64,000 bases of DNA from TPA_inf: Saccharomyces (lineage: Eukaryota), in NCBI GenBank assembly GCA_000146045.2, contig BK006948.2, positions 576,001 to 640,000 of the forward strand, given 5' to 3'. The stretch's first letter is position 1. The number at the start of each line of letters is the position of its first letter. Shown here one piece after another: positions 23,401-33,837 of this stretch. Made by a program: the position numbers and the translations under genes. The notes under the pieces were generated by a model. That model saw nothing but the letters and a program-made list of their open reading frames with translations, did no database searches and was not told the origin of the DNA.

Positions 23401-24380
23401 TATTGTTCAGCAAGGACTTAAATTCGAATAAAAGAATTATAGCAAAACTCAAGATGCAATACGATACCAAGATTATAAATCTAGGTGAAAGCGATGATGA
23501 AATTCAATACGACATCCTTGGCTTAGAAATCAAATATCAAAGAGGTAAATACATGAAATTAGGTATGGAAAACTCATTAACTGAGAAAATACCCAAATTA
23601 AACGTACCTTTGAATCCAAACGGAAGAAAACTTGGTGCCCCAGGCCAACCAGGTCTCTATATAAACCAGCAAGAACTAGAGCTAGAAGAAGATGATTACA
23701 AAATGAAGGTACATGAAATGCAAAAGCTGATAGGTCTAGCATCATATGTTGGATATAAATTTAGATTTGACCTATTATACTACATCAACACACTTGCACA
23801 ACATATACTATTTCCGTCCAAGCAAGTGTTAGATATGACATATGAATTGATACAGTTCATATGGAATACGAGAGATAAGCAATTAATATGGCACAAAAGC
23901 AAACCTGTTAAGCCAACAAATAAATTAGTTGTTATAAGCGATGCCTCGTATGGTAACCAACCGTATTATAAATCACAAATTGGCAACATATATTTACTTA
24001 ATGGAAAAGTAATTGGAGGAAAGTCCACCAAGGCTTCATTAACATGTACTTCAACTACGGAAGCAGAAATACACGCAATAAGTGAATCTGTCCCATTATT
24101 AAATAATCTAAGTTACCTGATACAAGAACTCGACAAGAAACCAATTACCAAAGGATTACTAACCGACAGTAAATCTACAATCAGTATAATTATATCCAAT
24201 AATGAAGAGAAATTTAGAAACAGATTTTTTGGTACTAAAGCAATGAGACTGAGAGATGAAGTATCAGGAAATCATCTGCACGTATGCTATATCGAAACCA
24301 AAAAGAATATTGCAGACGTAATGACCAAACCTCTTCCGATAAAAACATTCAAACTATTAACAAACAAATGGATTCATTAG
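20418..24380 (+). CDS. TYB: Ty1 TYB (Pol: protease, integrase, reverse transcriptase, RNase H). It is expressed as a TYA-TYB fusion after a +1 frameshift at 20414-20420.
   Basis: Protease DSGAS at 20493. Integrase zinc motif H-X3-H…C-X2-C ([10 protein letters not shown]…CPDCLIGK) and a D,D,E catalytic triad. RT motif FVDDM. RNase H motifs …ISDASYG… and TEAEIHA. The track ORF at 20661 is only the first in-frame Met of this frame. Confidence 0.9.
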
Positions 24381-24393
24381 ATCTATTACATTA

Positions 24394-24402
24394 TGGGTGG
24401 TA
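24394..24402 (+). promoter_or_regulatory. Ty1 polypurine tract (plus-strand primer)
   Basis: tgggtggta immediately 5' of the 3' LTR. Confidence 0.8.
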
Positions 24403-24734
24403 TGTTGGAATAAAAATCCACTATCGTCTATCAACTAATAGTTATATTATCAATATATTATCATATACGGTGTTAAGATGATGACATAAGTTATGAGAAG
24501 CTGTCATCGAAGTTAGAGGAAGCTGAAGTGCAAGGATTGATAATGTAATAGGATAATGAAACATATAAAACGGAATGAGGAATAATCGTAATATTAGTAT
24601 GTAGAAATATAGATTCCATTTTGAGGATTCCTATATCCTCGAGGAGAACTTCTAGTATATTCTGTATACCTAATATTATAGCCTTTATCAACAATGGAAT
24701 CCCAACAATTATCTAATTACCCACATATATCTCA
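24403..24734 (+). repeat. Ty1 3' LTR (delta), 332 bp, apparently identical to the 5' LTR
   Basis: I read the same sequence as 18821-19152 base for base. The track also shows identical 67-aa antisense ORFs at 18909-19112 and 24491-24694. Confidence 0.9.
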
Positions 24735-25382
24735 CTATTCGTCAAGTTCTTAAATCCATATTTTAATATTCATCAGTACTATCCTCTACTCTTTAGTTAC
24801 CAACACATTACTAATTCTTGCGCTCACCCTATCAGTGAATTTGATTACTTATATATAATTTTTAGTTATTGTTTGACAAAACAACCGTAAGAAATTTTTA
24901 TTTTGAATTTCATCAATTGGTGACAACTCATAAAAAGAAAGCTAATGCTCAAATGCATCGTTGTACTAACTGCCATAGTGTAAAATCCGTTTAAGCAGAT
25001 CGAGTAAAACAGCTGTTGTCGATCTTATACTTTTCTATGGAAAACACTATTTAAGCGCTATGTGCCCTTACTTTAGAATGATGACTTTACTGTAATATGT
25101 CAACATTTTTATTCTCAGCAAATCTTTGGCAGCGTATTTACATAGTCGTCTTTTTTATAATATTAATGACACAAATATAAGGCTTAATTATTAATATAAT
25201 GCAGTCTGTAAATGGGTGCAAACACTTTATTTTGTCATATGTTCAAATAGAATTCATGCCGTTTCCATCATAAACTCCTGATTCTCACCGATTACTGATA
25301 GTTTAGCTTCAGAGGTCGACATCCCATAGATGATGACGAAAGCAAGATTACGGTCGAATAGTTAAAGAACACATGCCTTACT

Positions 25383-26342
25383 TTACAAAAAATCTATTAA
25401 TTTATCAACGAATATTTCTACATTCAAAATGATGTCATCTTTGGTATCAATGAAACAACAATTATCCCCAACAAATCTGTTACTACTGCTGACTCTTCCG
25501 GTGACCACGCTAGTTGGCCAGTTTTTAACATCCCACTTTAAACCACGGGTTTCCTTAACCAAAGTAGCCTCTCCAATAGGCAACAACCCACAATTTCCTA
25601 TACAAGTGTTCCTAAATTGGGGATCATACTCAATCAAAGTTCCATTTTTTTTGATTAAGAATATTAAGTCTGTTGGAGTCATGTAACAAAGCTTGAAATA
25701 GCTTGCATTCTCGGATAAGGTATACAATTGCGTTATTGAGTGAACCGTCTGATCAAATCTACCACCAATTCCTCCTAGTGCTAATAGACTAATTGGAGTC
25801 ACTTTCGAGAAAACCAAGGACTCGGTCATAGTATTGTATAATGTGTGAATACCCTTTTCCAGTTCAATTCCATGATTTGACTGAAGATTGTCTTTATTCG
25901 ATATTAAAGAACGAAATTCTGGTGAATTGAAGTGTAGAGAGATCAAATTAACGCACTTCGTGAAATCAGTCGAATATTGTGTAGTTTGTTTTATTATAGT
26001 TACTTTGTTTTTCCTATAATACTTGTAAACCTTTTCTGATAGTGAATCCAGATCGCCAATAATATAATTGGGAAGATATTTTATCCTTAGGGTTTCGTCA
26101 TCATCTAGGTAGTCATATAATCTATTGGCTGCACCATCTGCACAGACCTTCAAGTCATGCAGCTTCCAAATTTTGTAAAACAACGGTCTAGGAATGTCAA
26201 TTTTTTGATTAAGTATGAGTAGGGTAGAGTTTTCATCCTCGTTTGGATGGATTAGTTCTTTTAAGTTCATTTTATTTCGGATGTTGATTAAATCAGTACC
26301 AATTTTAATACGTTCAGGATTTTCAATACACTCCTCGCTCAT
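25383..26342 (-). CDS. THI80: Thiamine pyrophosphokinase, 319 aa
   Basis: TPK family motifs (…LILNQKID…, CADGAANRLYD, …IIGDLDS…). The native start is MSEECIENPERIK, the second Met of the 332-aa track ORF. Confidence 0.85.
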   Translation of the reverse strand: MSEECIENPERIKIGTDLINIRNKMNLKELIHPNEDENSTLLILNQKIDIPRPLFYKIWKLHDLKVCADGAANRLYDYLDDDETLRIKYLPNYIIGDLDSLSEKVYKYYRKNKVTIIKQTTQYSTDFTKCVNLISLHFNSPEFRSLISNKDNLQSNHGIELEKGIHTLYNTMTESLVFSKVTPISLLALGGIGGRFDQTVHSITQLYTLSENASYFKLCYMTPTDLIFLIKKNGTLIEYDPQFRNTCIGNCGLLPIGEATLVKETRGLKWDVKNWPTSVVTGRVSSSNRFVGDNCCFIDTKDDIILNVEIFVDKLIDFL

Positions 26343-26716
26343 AGCAGTGATATTCAGCTTTTTATTGTTCTTTGTGACCAATTGTGATCTACAAATTTCT
26401 AGCTTTTATCAAAACCACAGTACTTAAGAAGCTAAATCTTTTATAAACGCCTTATCATTCACGCTTTATTTGTAATTCCCATCAGCCATTTTTTTTCAAG
26501 TTTTCGCATATTTTGCATTTTTCGCTGTTTTGAAATATGCACTATGAGGAAATAAAGGCAACTATTAGAAGGAATTTAGGATTGTGCTGCATTTGCTTAA
26601 TGCAAGGTTGCAGAATTTATTGATATATAAAGTAGTAGTATATTTCCCCGCACTACCATGCTATATTTATTATACATACGTGTTCCTGTAACGATGCACG
26701 CAATTTCATATCAGTG

Positions 26717-29092
26717 TTATTTGTTCTTTGAAAAGCCTGAGTGCAAATGCTCCCATTTTCTCACGACTATGCTCGGATCAGCGTTGAACCATACGTTTTT
26801 CAAGACACCCTCTTGTGACAACTGATAGACCAAATCTTTGTATCGTCTTTCTGATACATTTTCACTATGCAACTCAAATATTTGTTTGTTTTCATTCTTG
26901 ACATTGGCGTCACTTTTAGCGATTTCAAAAACGAAGGGATTGATCTCCGCTTTAATTTGTTGAGTTGTGGCGCTCAGCAGATCAATCTCGGCATTTTCGT
27001 TCAGAGTTTCATCATTATAAATTCCTTTGAATTGGTTCAAAATATCAGAAATTTTCTTCGAATTTCTCGTCCTTCTTGCCGACTGAAGATGGTCATACTT
27101 CGGTATTCTTGACGCCAAAAAATTTAATGTAGATTCTGTCATTTTTTTGAACCTGTTAACAAGGTATTCGTTATCAAGCCTATGGTTTGCTTCTCTAACA
27201 TAGGAATACCGAGCTTCCAATTGTTCTTGGATGTGTTGGTAAATATTCAATTCAAACGGTAATAACGGTTGTCTATTGGGGTCATTTAAATGCAATTTAT
27301 AATCTATCACGTAATCAAATTTTAGTTTCATTTCATCATCCAGATTTTGATCCTGGAAAGTATTAACTTTTTCTGGGGTCATTGTGGTAGAATCTATTTC
27401 TTGTCTAACCATGGAACGATTGAGCGTTGCTTGACCAATAACATCATTTATGGAGAGTAGATCAGTTAATTGCGATATATCTTTAACGCTTGAACCAAGA
27501 GTTGATGTTAGGACCGGTAGTCTGTTCTTGGATGAAATCAAATCAGCCTCAGTATCAACGCACCAAAACTGCAAGTGCATCAAGCACTTCCTAATATCCG
27601 CATTATTTTGTTTTACAACATCGCGAAGCCAGTCGTCACAAACTTCGATTTCAAGGGACTTTAAATATTTTGTTAGAAACGCATAGACTGTGGATGTACT
27701 AATTTTCTTAGTATGAAACAAAGAGTTTTGTTCACTTGCCAAGGCAATAAGTTCACTAGGAACTAGTGACAAATCCTTACAAGTCAATACGAGGGGCCTT
27801 CGTGAAAATTCACAAAGCTTGCTGATCATTGCCCAATATCCCCTATCATGTTCTTTAAATAAAACATCAACATCATTAAATAAAACAAGCCCGTAGTCAC
27901 TTTTCCTTTTTGAGGAATCTTTGACATAGTGTGTGGTGGTAAAATCTAGTAGGATATCAAGCAAATCTTTTTTGCTCCTGTTCATGTTTGAATTAACTTC
28001 ATATATCTGGTAAGAATTATCGTCGCCAGCAATCTCTCTCATGATTGTCTGTATCAGCGTTTTCTTGCCTATTGAATTTCCGTGTAATATCATTAGTGGA
28101 ACAAATTCGCTCAAGCTGCTATTTGCTTCGCCATTTCTGTAGAAATCTGGACGCAAGTTTTCGTCTTCTTCGAGATCAGGTACAATGAAGTTGGCAAGCT
28201 CATCACCAGATCCCTGTTGTTTATTGGGATTTATTCTGTTCAATAGACGGTTCCTCAAGGTAGGCTTTTCTAGCGTATGAAAGGATGTTTCAATCCAATT
28301 TTTGATTCGAAGTTTCAATTTGGGTTCAATTAATACTTGTTTTAAAGTGACAGGCTTGAATAGCTGCGGCCATGTGAGAGTTGTATTTCTTTTAATATTT
28401 GTGCCAAGTAATACCGGTGCTTGATAGCGAACAGGAATACAAGATGCTGAATTCTTGTCTTTCAACGATTCATAGTCACTAGGAAGAAAATTATGATTTA
28501 ATGGCGGTATTGTGCGGAAAGGAAGCGGGATATCAACACTCCGATCTGACAGCTCTTTGTCACCTACTGGGAAAATCGATTGATGTAATGGTAATGGTGG
28601 CTCTATTTCATTTAGTTTAGAGATGCTATTTAATCTTTTGAACGTGTCGGTTGTCTCATGTTTAAGGAAGTTTTTAATCTTTGATGCTCTTTCATTAAGA
28701 AGCGATGATTTGATTCTCGATGTGGAAATTATAGAAATATCATCTTCATGCTCCTGCGAAAGTGCAATTTTGCTACAATTAGTCTCACTTTTGGGACTCT
28801 TATCACTGATTACAATAAGATCATCATCGTCGTCATCGCATTTTTCTTTTGTGCGTTTCGTCATCAAAAACTCCTTTGCAGATTTGTGATTAGTAGAAAC
28901 AGCTTCAATTGGCTTCACAACAGAGTGGTTTAAAAATATTACTGAAGAATCGTCATGTTTGGCTGTTCTGGCGTCAAAAGTGCCTGATTCAGTATCATTT
29001 TCGTCATCGATGGTAATCTGTAGAGCATCTTGTCTTCTCACTTTTCTCTTATTTCCTGTCAATATATCAGATAAAGACACGTGCCTTTTCAT
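26717..29092 (-). CDS. ELG1: RFC1-like AAA+ protein (alternative clamp unloader subunit), 791 aa
   Basis: Walker A-like [19 protein letters not shown] with an AAA+ neighbourhood. Size and position match YOR144C. Confidence 0.8.
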
Positions 29093-29346
29093 TGGAAAAC
29101 CTTCTCTGATTCAAAAAGTTTAATGCTATGGTACCATACGATTTAGTGCAGCGAAGGTGGTCAGTGAAGACGTTAAATACATGAAGCAAATAGCCGGATA
29201 ATAATACTAAACTAATTTATCACCGCTAACGTTACGCGTTTGGCGTCCTAAAAAAAAGAAGGAAAAAAAAACCTATTTATTCACTCTATTTCGCCATAAA
29301 ACGACATATAAATATTATACAGATGATGAAAGCCCACAAATTATGT

Positions 29347-30171
29347 TTAGTAGCGTTCTTTTAATCTAGATGCAACGGTACGTAAGTTCCCATAAACTTT
29401 ACCTGGAGGGGAACCCAAAATTAAACTAACCACAGATTCTCTTGCCATTCTGATGTGGGTGAACCCGCCCAAAATGTGGATTTTAGAGTCAGCTAAGACA
29501 ATTCTTGTTCTTGTAGCGTTTTCAATCGCAAATTTCGTTTTACCGTCTTTACCGGCAATACGACCGATGGCTCTCGACAAATGGTCACCTGTTAGAGTCT
29601 TGACATCTTTGACTTCAAAAGTCTCAATATATAAATCATCTAGCCTCAATAGTGCGATAGAATCGTCAAGATCAAACCCTAAGGTAAAGGCTTTGATAAA
29701 ATCGGCCCCTTTTTGCAACGCACCAGGGTCTGTGGTAAATTTAGGATTCGTTCTTAGTTCTACGGATTTGGTCTTTAAATTCATTCTGACTTGCAGCTTC
29801 AAGTGCTCGACCAAAGGAGGATAAATTTTTGTCCAACTGTTCCTCAAGGGTGTCATTCTGTGTGGTGGAACCATGATCTTTCTCGATTCAAATTTTATTT
29901 TGTTACCCTGTGTTTTGCTAGCTGAAGTGAAGCGAGGTTTCCCCTGGTCATCAACCACTACGGTCTTAGATTCGTGCGTTTTCCGGCTACCTTCTTCGCC
30001 CTCTACCTCTTCTTTTGCTGTGTTATTGTCGGAATCATCTAACAGAACGTCGTCATCATCGTCCTCATCGATGCTTTCGGTATTATTTATTCCTATAATT
30101 CTACTACTGCCCCCATCTTGTCCACTTACAGGTGTCACAGTAGCCTTTTTCAAAGCAGTAGGCGCAACCAT
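29347..30171 (-). CDS. PNO1: KH-domain pre-40S ribosome biogenesis factor (partner of Nob1), 274 aa
   Basis: C-terminal KH domain (…TGDHLSRAIGRIAGKDGKTKFAIENATRTRIVLADSKIHILGGFTHIRMARESVVSLILGSPPGKVYGNLR…). The native start is MVAPTALKK, the second Met of the 280-aa track ORF. Confidence 0.85.
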   Translation of the reverse strand: MVAPTALKKATVTPVSGQDGGSSRIIGINNTESIDEDDDDDVLLDDSDNNTAKEEVEGEEGSRKTHESKTVVVDDQGKPRFTSASKTQGNKIKFESRKIMVPPHRMTPLRNSWTKIYPPLVEHLKLQVRMNLKTKSVELRTNPKFTTDPGALQKGADFIKAFTLGFDLDDSIALLRLDDLYIETFEVKDVKTLTGDHLSRAIGRIAGKDGKTKFAIENATRTRIVLADSKIHILGGFTHIRMARESVVSLILGSPPGKVYGNLRTVASRLKERY

Positions 30172-30263
30172 AATGTAGTTTATTTTCACTTCAAGTCTTT
30201 TTCTTAACTAAACAGAAGAATATTGAAAACTGCCTATTATTGATGCAATATGTATCTTTCATT

Positions 30264-30275
30264 GTGATGAGCATC
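30264..30275 (-). promoter_or_regulatory. PAC-like element (GATGAG core) in the PNO1 promoter
   Basis: tgtgatgagcat, ~95 bp upstream of the PNO1 ATG. PAC (GCGATGAGCT-like) is typical of ribosome-biogenesis genes. Confidence 0.45.
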
Positions 30276-30296
30276 GGTATGATAATAAGGAAAGAA

Positions 30297-30308
30297 GAAA
30301 AATTTTTT
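30297..30308 (-). promoter_or_regulatory. RRPE-like element (AAAAATTTT) in the PNO1 promoter
   Basis: gaaaaatttttt, ~25 bp from the PAC-like box. PAC and RRPE commonly co-occur in ribosome-biogenesis promoters. Confidence 0.45.
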
Positions 30309-30606
30309 CCCGCTCGCACTTTCCGTAAGAGGTGATAAAAAACAGACCTAATACTGTAGTAATCTTAACTGCATTTAGCCCTACATTTATTATTTATGAC
30401 CTTACTCTTCATATGTAGGTTAAAAAATTCGTATAAAGACACATTTGACTTTTTGTCACTTTTTTTTACTTCTCGTTATTGGTTCTAGCTGATCCTTGAC
30501 TTACTATGGAGGGATGCATATTAAAGTTGACAGTAGATTTGCGTCAAGAAGTATTAAAACAAAAGGCACATACAGATTATCAGGTGGTGGGAGGTTTATA
30601 AAATTC

Positions 30607-32475
30607 ATGCTAATCACACGTTTACGGGTCCCTACAATAAAGCGGCCACTGCTTCCAATTACAAGTCATCTCGTAAGACACTGTATTCGAACTTACGTCG
30701 CAACTAATCATGGAAATGTCAGACCTTTTATAACACCTTACAAGAGTTCGTTACCTGTTAGATGTTTGATCGCCCAAAGGCACATCCGAACATTTCCAAG
30801 CAATGACAAGTTCACTACCAAGGCTTCCAATATTGAGACTATTTTGCTGAGAAAAAATAATGAGCGAGAGTTCAAGCAATCGCTTCTAGCAGATGCAAAG
30901 AATTTTCAAGAAAGGTTCAAAATCAATCTAAAGTGGATTCTTATTAAAAACAACAGGCCGTTCTCTCTGAATGAAATAAGTATTATAGCGTCTTGGCTGA
31001 TATTGTCACAAATTCTATGGCTCATTCTGAGCACCACCACTTTCATTTCGTTCTATCTATTCGTCATTAACTCTGTTTTCAGTCAGGAATACATCCATGA
31101 GAAGAAAATCTATGAAAGGCTTCTAAAATGGTTGTTGAAAGATCATAAGTGCTCCAATCAAGATTTGGAAATCACATTTTCTCCGGAAGATAAAGCATCA
31201 ATGCTTGTGCTCTCTCCAGACTGGGAGTCAAATTCAATACTTATAAAAAGGCTAAATGTCAGGGATGAGATTTTGGACTTAGACTTAAAATTTCACCACA
31301 TTAACCTGAATGTTTCCCTAAAAAATTGGTTACTTGGCAGGGGACTAATTACAAATGTTTCAATATACGGTATTAGAGGATGTTTGAACTTATCCAATTT
31401 CATCAATTTAGTAAACTCTTTTCAAGGAGATCAAAAGACGGAGAATTTTTTGAAAACTTTAAATAACGTTGAAATTACTGACTCAGAAATTCTTTTGAAA
31501 CAATCTCTGAGTGCCCAGGAAACTCCGAGTCTAAAATTTTCCATTTACAATCTATCTTTACCACGACTAAGACTGAACCATTTTATTTCTGATATTCTGA
31601 GTGCCAAAACATTTTCTGGTTCAATTAATAATTCTCTTTTCAACTTATTTAAGAGGCAACAAAAGTTAACAGCAGTTATTGAAAATAATAACAAAAATAG
31701 GATGGCAAGCTCGAAGTTTGATTTCACGGACAACAATCAGGAAAATTACCGCACAGTGACTCATCAGGATGATCCGAATTATGTAACGACGTTAAGATTG
31801 AACTTTATCAACATTAATGATTTAAAATTTAATGGCGATGGTAAGTTCAACTGGTTGAAAGACGGCCAAGTTGAAATACTTGCTGACATAATGCTAACAA
31901 ATTCTACTTCTCATCTATCATCGGAGTCGAAATATGCAGTGGTGGATTTGAAGGTAACTTGTAGGGACTTGAAGACAACTTTCCCTCAGGAACCTCCAGT
32001 ATTATCGACAGGTGACAGTATTGTTTCATTGGATGAATTGAAACCTATAATAACATTTATTAACTCATATGAAGGGATGGCTAATCCTATATTGAAAGAT
32101 TTCTCGGAAAACGAGAGATTGACCAATTCCATAATCTGGAACTCGCCAAATGTATCGATTAATAGGCAAAGGAAATCTTATCCTTTAACTACAAAAGTCA
32201 CTTCCAATTCCACGAAGGAAATCATCAAGTTTCATAATCAACCAAATACTAATGCAAACGAAATTGTTTTACGCTGTAAGATGGTCAAAAACTTGTCAGA
32301 TTTACAGCTTATTAACATTAATCAAATACTAGACCAAATTACCATGGAGCTATATGTTGATTTAACCAAAATAGTAGAAGATTGGGAGTTTAAAAACAAA
32401 AATGATTGGATGAAACAATGGGGTACTACCTTTGCATCCCAATTATTGTTGTTTGGGTTTGGTGCCATGGTTTGA
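30607..32475 (+). CDS. MDM32: Mitochondrial inner-membrane protein of the Mdm31/Mdm32 family, 622 aa
   Basis: Presequence-like N-terminus MLITRLRVPTIKRPLL. Hydrophobic segments near both ends. Size and position match YOR147W. The native start is an internal Met of the 659-aa track ORF. Confidence 0.75.
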   Translation: MLITRLRVPTIKRPLLPITSHLVRHCIRTYVATNHGNVRPFITPYKSSLPVRCLIAQRHIRTFPSNDKFTTKASNIETILLRKNNEREFKQSLLADAKNFQERFKINLKWILIKNNRPFSLNEISIIASWLILSQILWLILSTTTFISFYLFVINSVFSQEYIHEKKIYERLLKWLLKDHKCSNQDLEITFSPEDKASMLVLSPDWESNSILIKRLNVRDEILDLDLKFHHINLNVSLKNWLLGRGLITNVSIYGIRGCLNLSNFINLVNSFQGDQKTENFLKTLNNVEITDSEILLKQSLSAQETPSLKFSIYNLSLPRLRLNHFISDILSAKTFSGSINNSLFNLFKRQQKLTAVIENNNKNRMASSKFDFTDNNQENYRTVTHQDDPNYVTTLRLNFININDLKFNGDGKFNWLKDGQVEILADIMLTNSTSHLSSESKYAVVDLKVTCRDLKTTFPQEPPVLSTGDSIVSLDELKPIITFINSYEGMANPILKDFSENERLTNSIIWNSPNVSINRQRKSYPLTTKVTSNSTKEIIKFHNQPNTNANEIVLRCKMVKNLSDLQLININQILDQITMELYVDLTKIVEDWEFKNKNDWMKQWGTTFASQLLLFGFGAMV

Positions 32476-32639
32476 CTATTGCTTATATAATATCAAACTG
32501 AACTTCCTTGCATTTCATTTATCAAGTAAATTGAAGAAAAAATAAGAAAAAAAAGCCAAACTAAAAATACCTCCTTCGGAACATGCATAAAATATAATGT
32601 GTATATACCAAGTACTTTAAATTATATATTCAAACTTTC

Positions 32640-33197
32640 TCATGACTTATTTTTTTTGTCGTCATCAACTTTAGTGCCCGTTATTTTATCGATTTTTACG
32701 ACGGGCATAAATGAAGCCTCCTCCACGTTTATTGCCTTATTTAACTTGGCACCAATTCCCAGTCCATCAGGATGTATCTGTGAAACATTTGAAACGTCCT
32801 TGTTTCGACTCTGTGTCTTGTCGCCTTTAGAATCTTGCTCGGAGTCACTTTCCCACCCCATACCCCGAAGTAAAGCATCTCCAAATTCCTCGACAGGTAC
32901 CTCATTATATTCTTTTTCGGTGACATATTCCACCAGAGGAGCATCGTTTTTTTTGGTATCCGCATTTTCACTCAGCTTGATCACTAATTTCTTCTTAGAA
33001 GATGATTCTTCATCAAGATCGAATTTATCAATACTTTGAATCTTTATCTTACTTTGAGGTTTATGCGAAAGGCTTGCAGTTTCCGCATCATCCCAATCGA
33101 ATAAGTTGGCCTTCTGTAATGAGTTTTTTTTTTTCGTCTTCTTGGAAATATTTTTTTTCAAGGTCTTACTCCCCAACTTAAGTGAAAACTTGCTCAT
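32640..33197 (-). CDS. SPP2: G-patch spliceosomal protein (Prp2 cofactor), 185 aa
   Basis: G-patch GDALLRGMGWESDSEQDSKGDK. Small, basic and acidic-rich. 185 aa. Confidence 0.8.
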   Translation of the reverse strand: MSKFSLKLGSKTLKKNISKKTKKKNSLQKANLFDWDDAETASLSHKPQSKIKIQSIDKFDLDEESSSKKKLVIKLSENADTKKNDAPLVEYVTEKEYNEVPVEEFGDALLRGMGWESDSEQDSKGDKTQSRNKDVSNVSQIHPDGLGIGAKLNKAINVEEASFMPVVKIDKITGTKVDDDKKNKS

Positions 33198-33837
33198 TCT
33201 ACATCCTAGATATGCCTCTAGACATTTTACCTACCATCGCTCGACGTGCATTATTACCTTAATAACTTAAAACAGCTATTCCTATATTTTTACATTTTTT
33301 TCTACGCACGGTCGGGTAACAAATGATAGCGCCAGATCATTGAGAACCCAAGTGTTGCATGTTGAACCTGCAATGCATAAATATTAGAAGCATTAGAAGC
33401 ATAGTAGTATGAAGTGACTGTGACAAATGAAGCTCTGTAATTCTTAGTTTGAATAACTTGCACATGTACTATGGTCAGTATCATGTCAAGCTTGTAGTAC
33501 GTGTGAACACAGATTTGGTTATGGAGTAATATAATACTTAACAGCAAGAGAACATCAATGGAGCTTTACTTAGACTTCGGGAGGTTTTCATACAGTTGTG
33601 TACTATACATAGATTAATAAGATTGCATATCAGAACTAACAATCCTATCTTGAGCTGAGTACCGAGTTTGTATCAGCCTACAATTAGAGATTTCAATGGG
33701 AAAAAATGAGTATGCAACAAATAGTTAACCATTGCTCGATTAAAGCACTCTTCTTTTTTATAAGAATACCTAGGATAAGATCATTTAAACTTAAATTCAC
33801 AGCCATAATATATGCATAACTCCTCATATAGCTGGTC

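Larger units (their letters stand above)
18821..24734 (+). mobile_element. Full-length Ty1 LTR retrotransposon, 5914 bp. The LTRs appear identical and the ORFs are intact.
   Basis: The structure is TG…CA LTRs, a PBS, TYA, a +1 frameshift, TYB (PR-IN-RT-RNase H), a PPT and the 3' LTR. It is flanked by a 5-bp direct repeat ctatt (18816-18820 and 24735-24739). I recall it as the reference element YORWTy1-2. Confidence 0.95.

Noticed and set aside
20661-24380. Track ORF suggesting TYB starts at a Met at 20661
   Set aside because: The frame is open upstream to the frameshift site and includes the protease active site DSGAS at 20493. Ty1 Pol is made only as a Gag-Pol fusion via the +1 frameshift at 20414-20420, not from this Met.
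24735-25382. Possible additional LTR fragments (sigma/tau/delta) between the Ty1 3' LTR and THI80
   Set aside because: I could not recognise diagnostic LTR termini or internal blocks by eye. Apart from the first bases continuing the interrupted delta, I cannot support a call.
29873-30178. 101-codon plus-strand ORF inside PNO1 (antisense), plus the 123-codon ORF at 29453-29824
   Set aside because: Both are wholly contained within the conserved PNO1 coding sequence on the opposite strand. They have no independent signals.
32599-33039. 146-codon plus-strand ORF and 76-codon minus-strand ORF overlapping SPP2
   Set aside because: Both are antisense or out of frame within SPP2. The Ser-rich, low-complexity translation has no domain.
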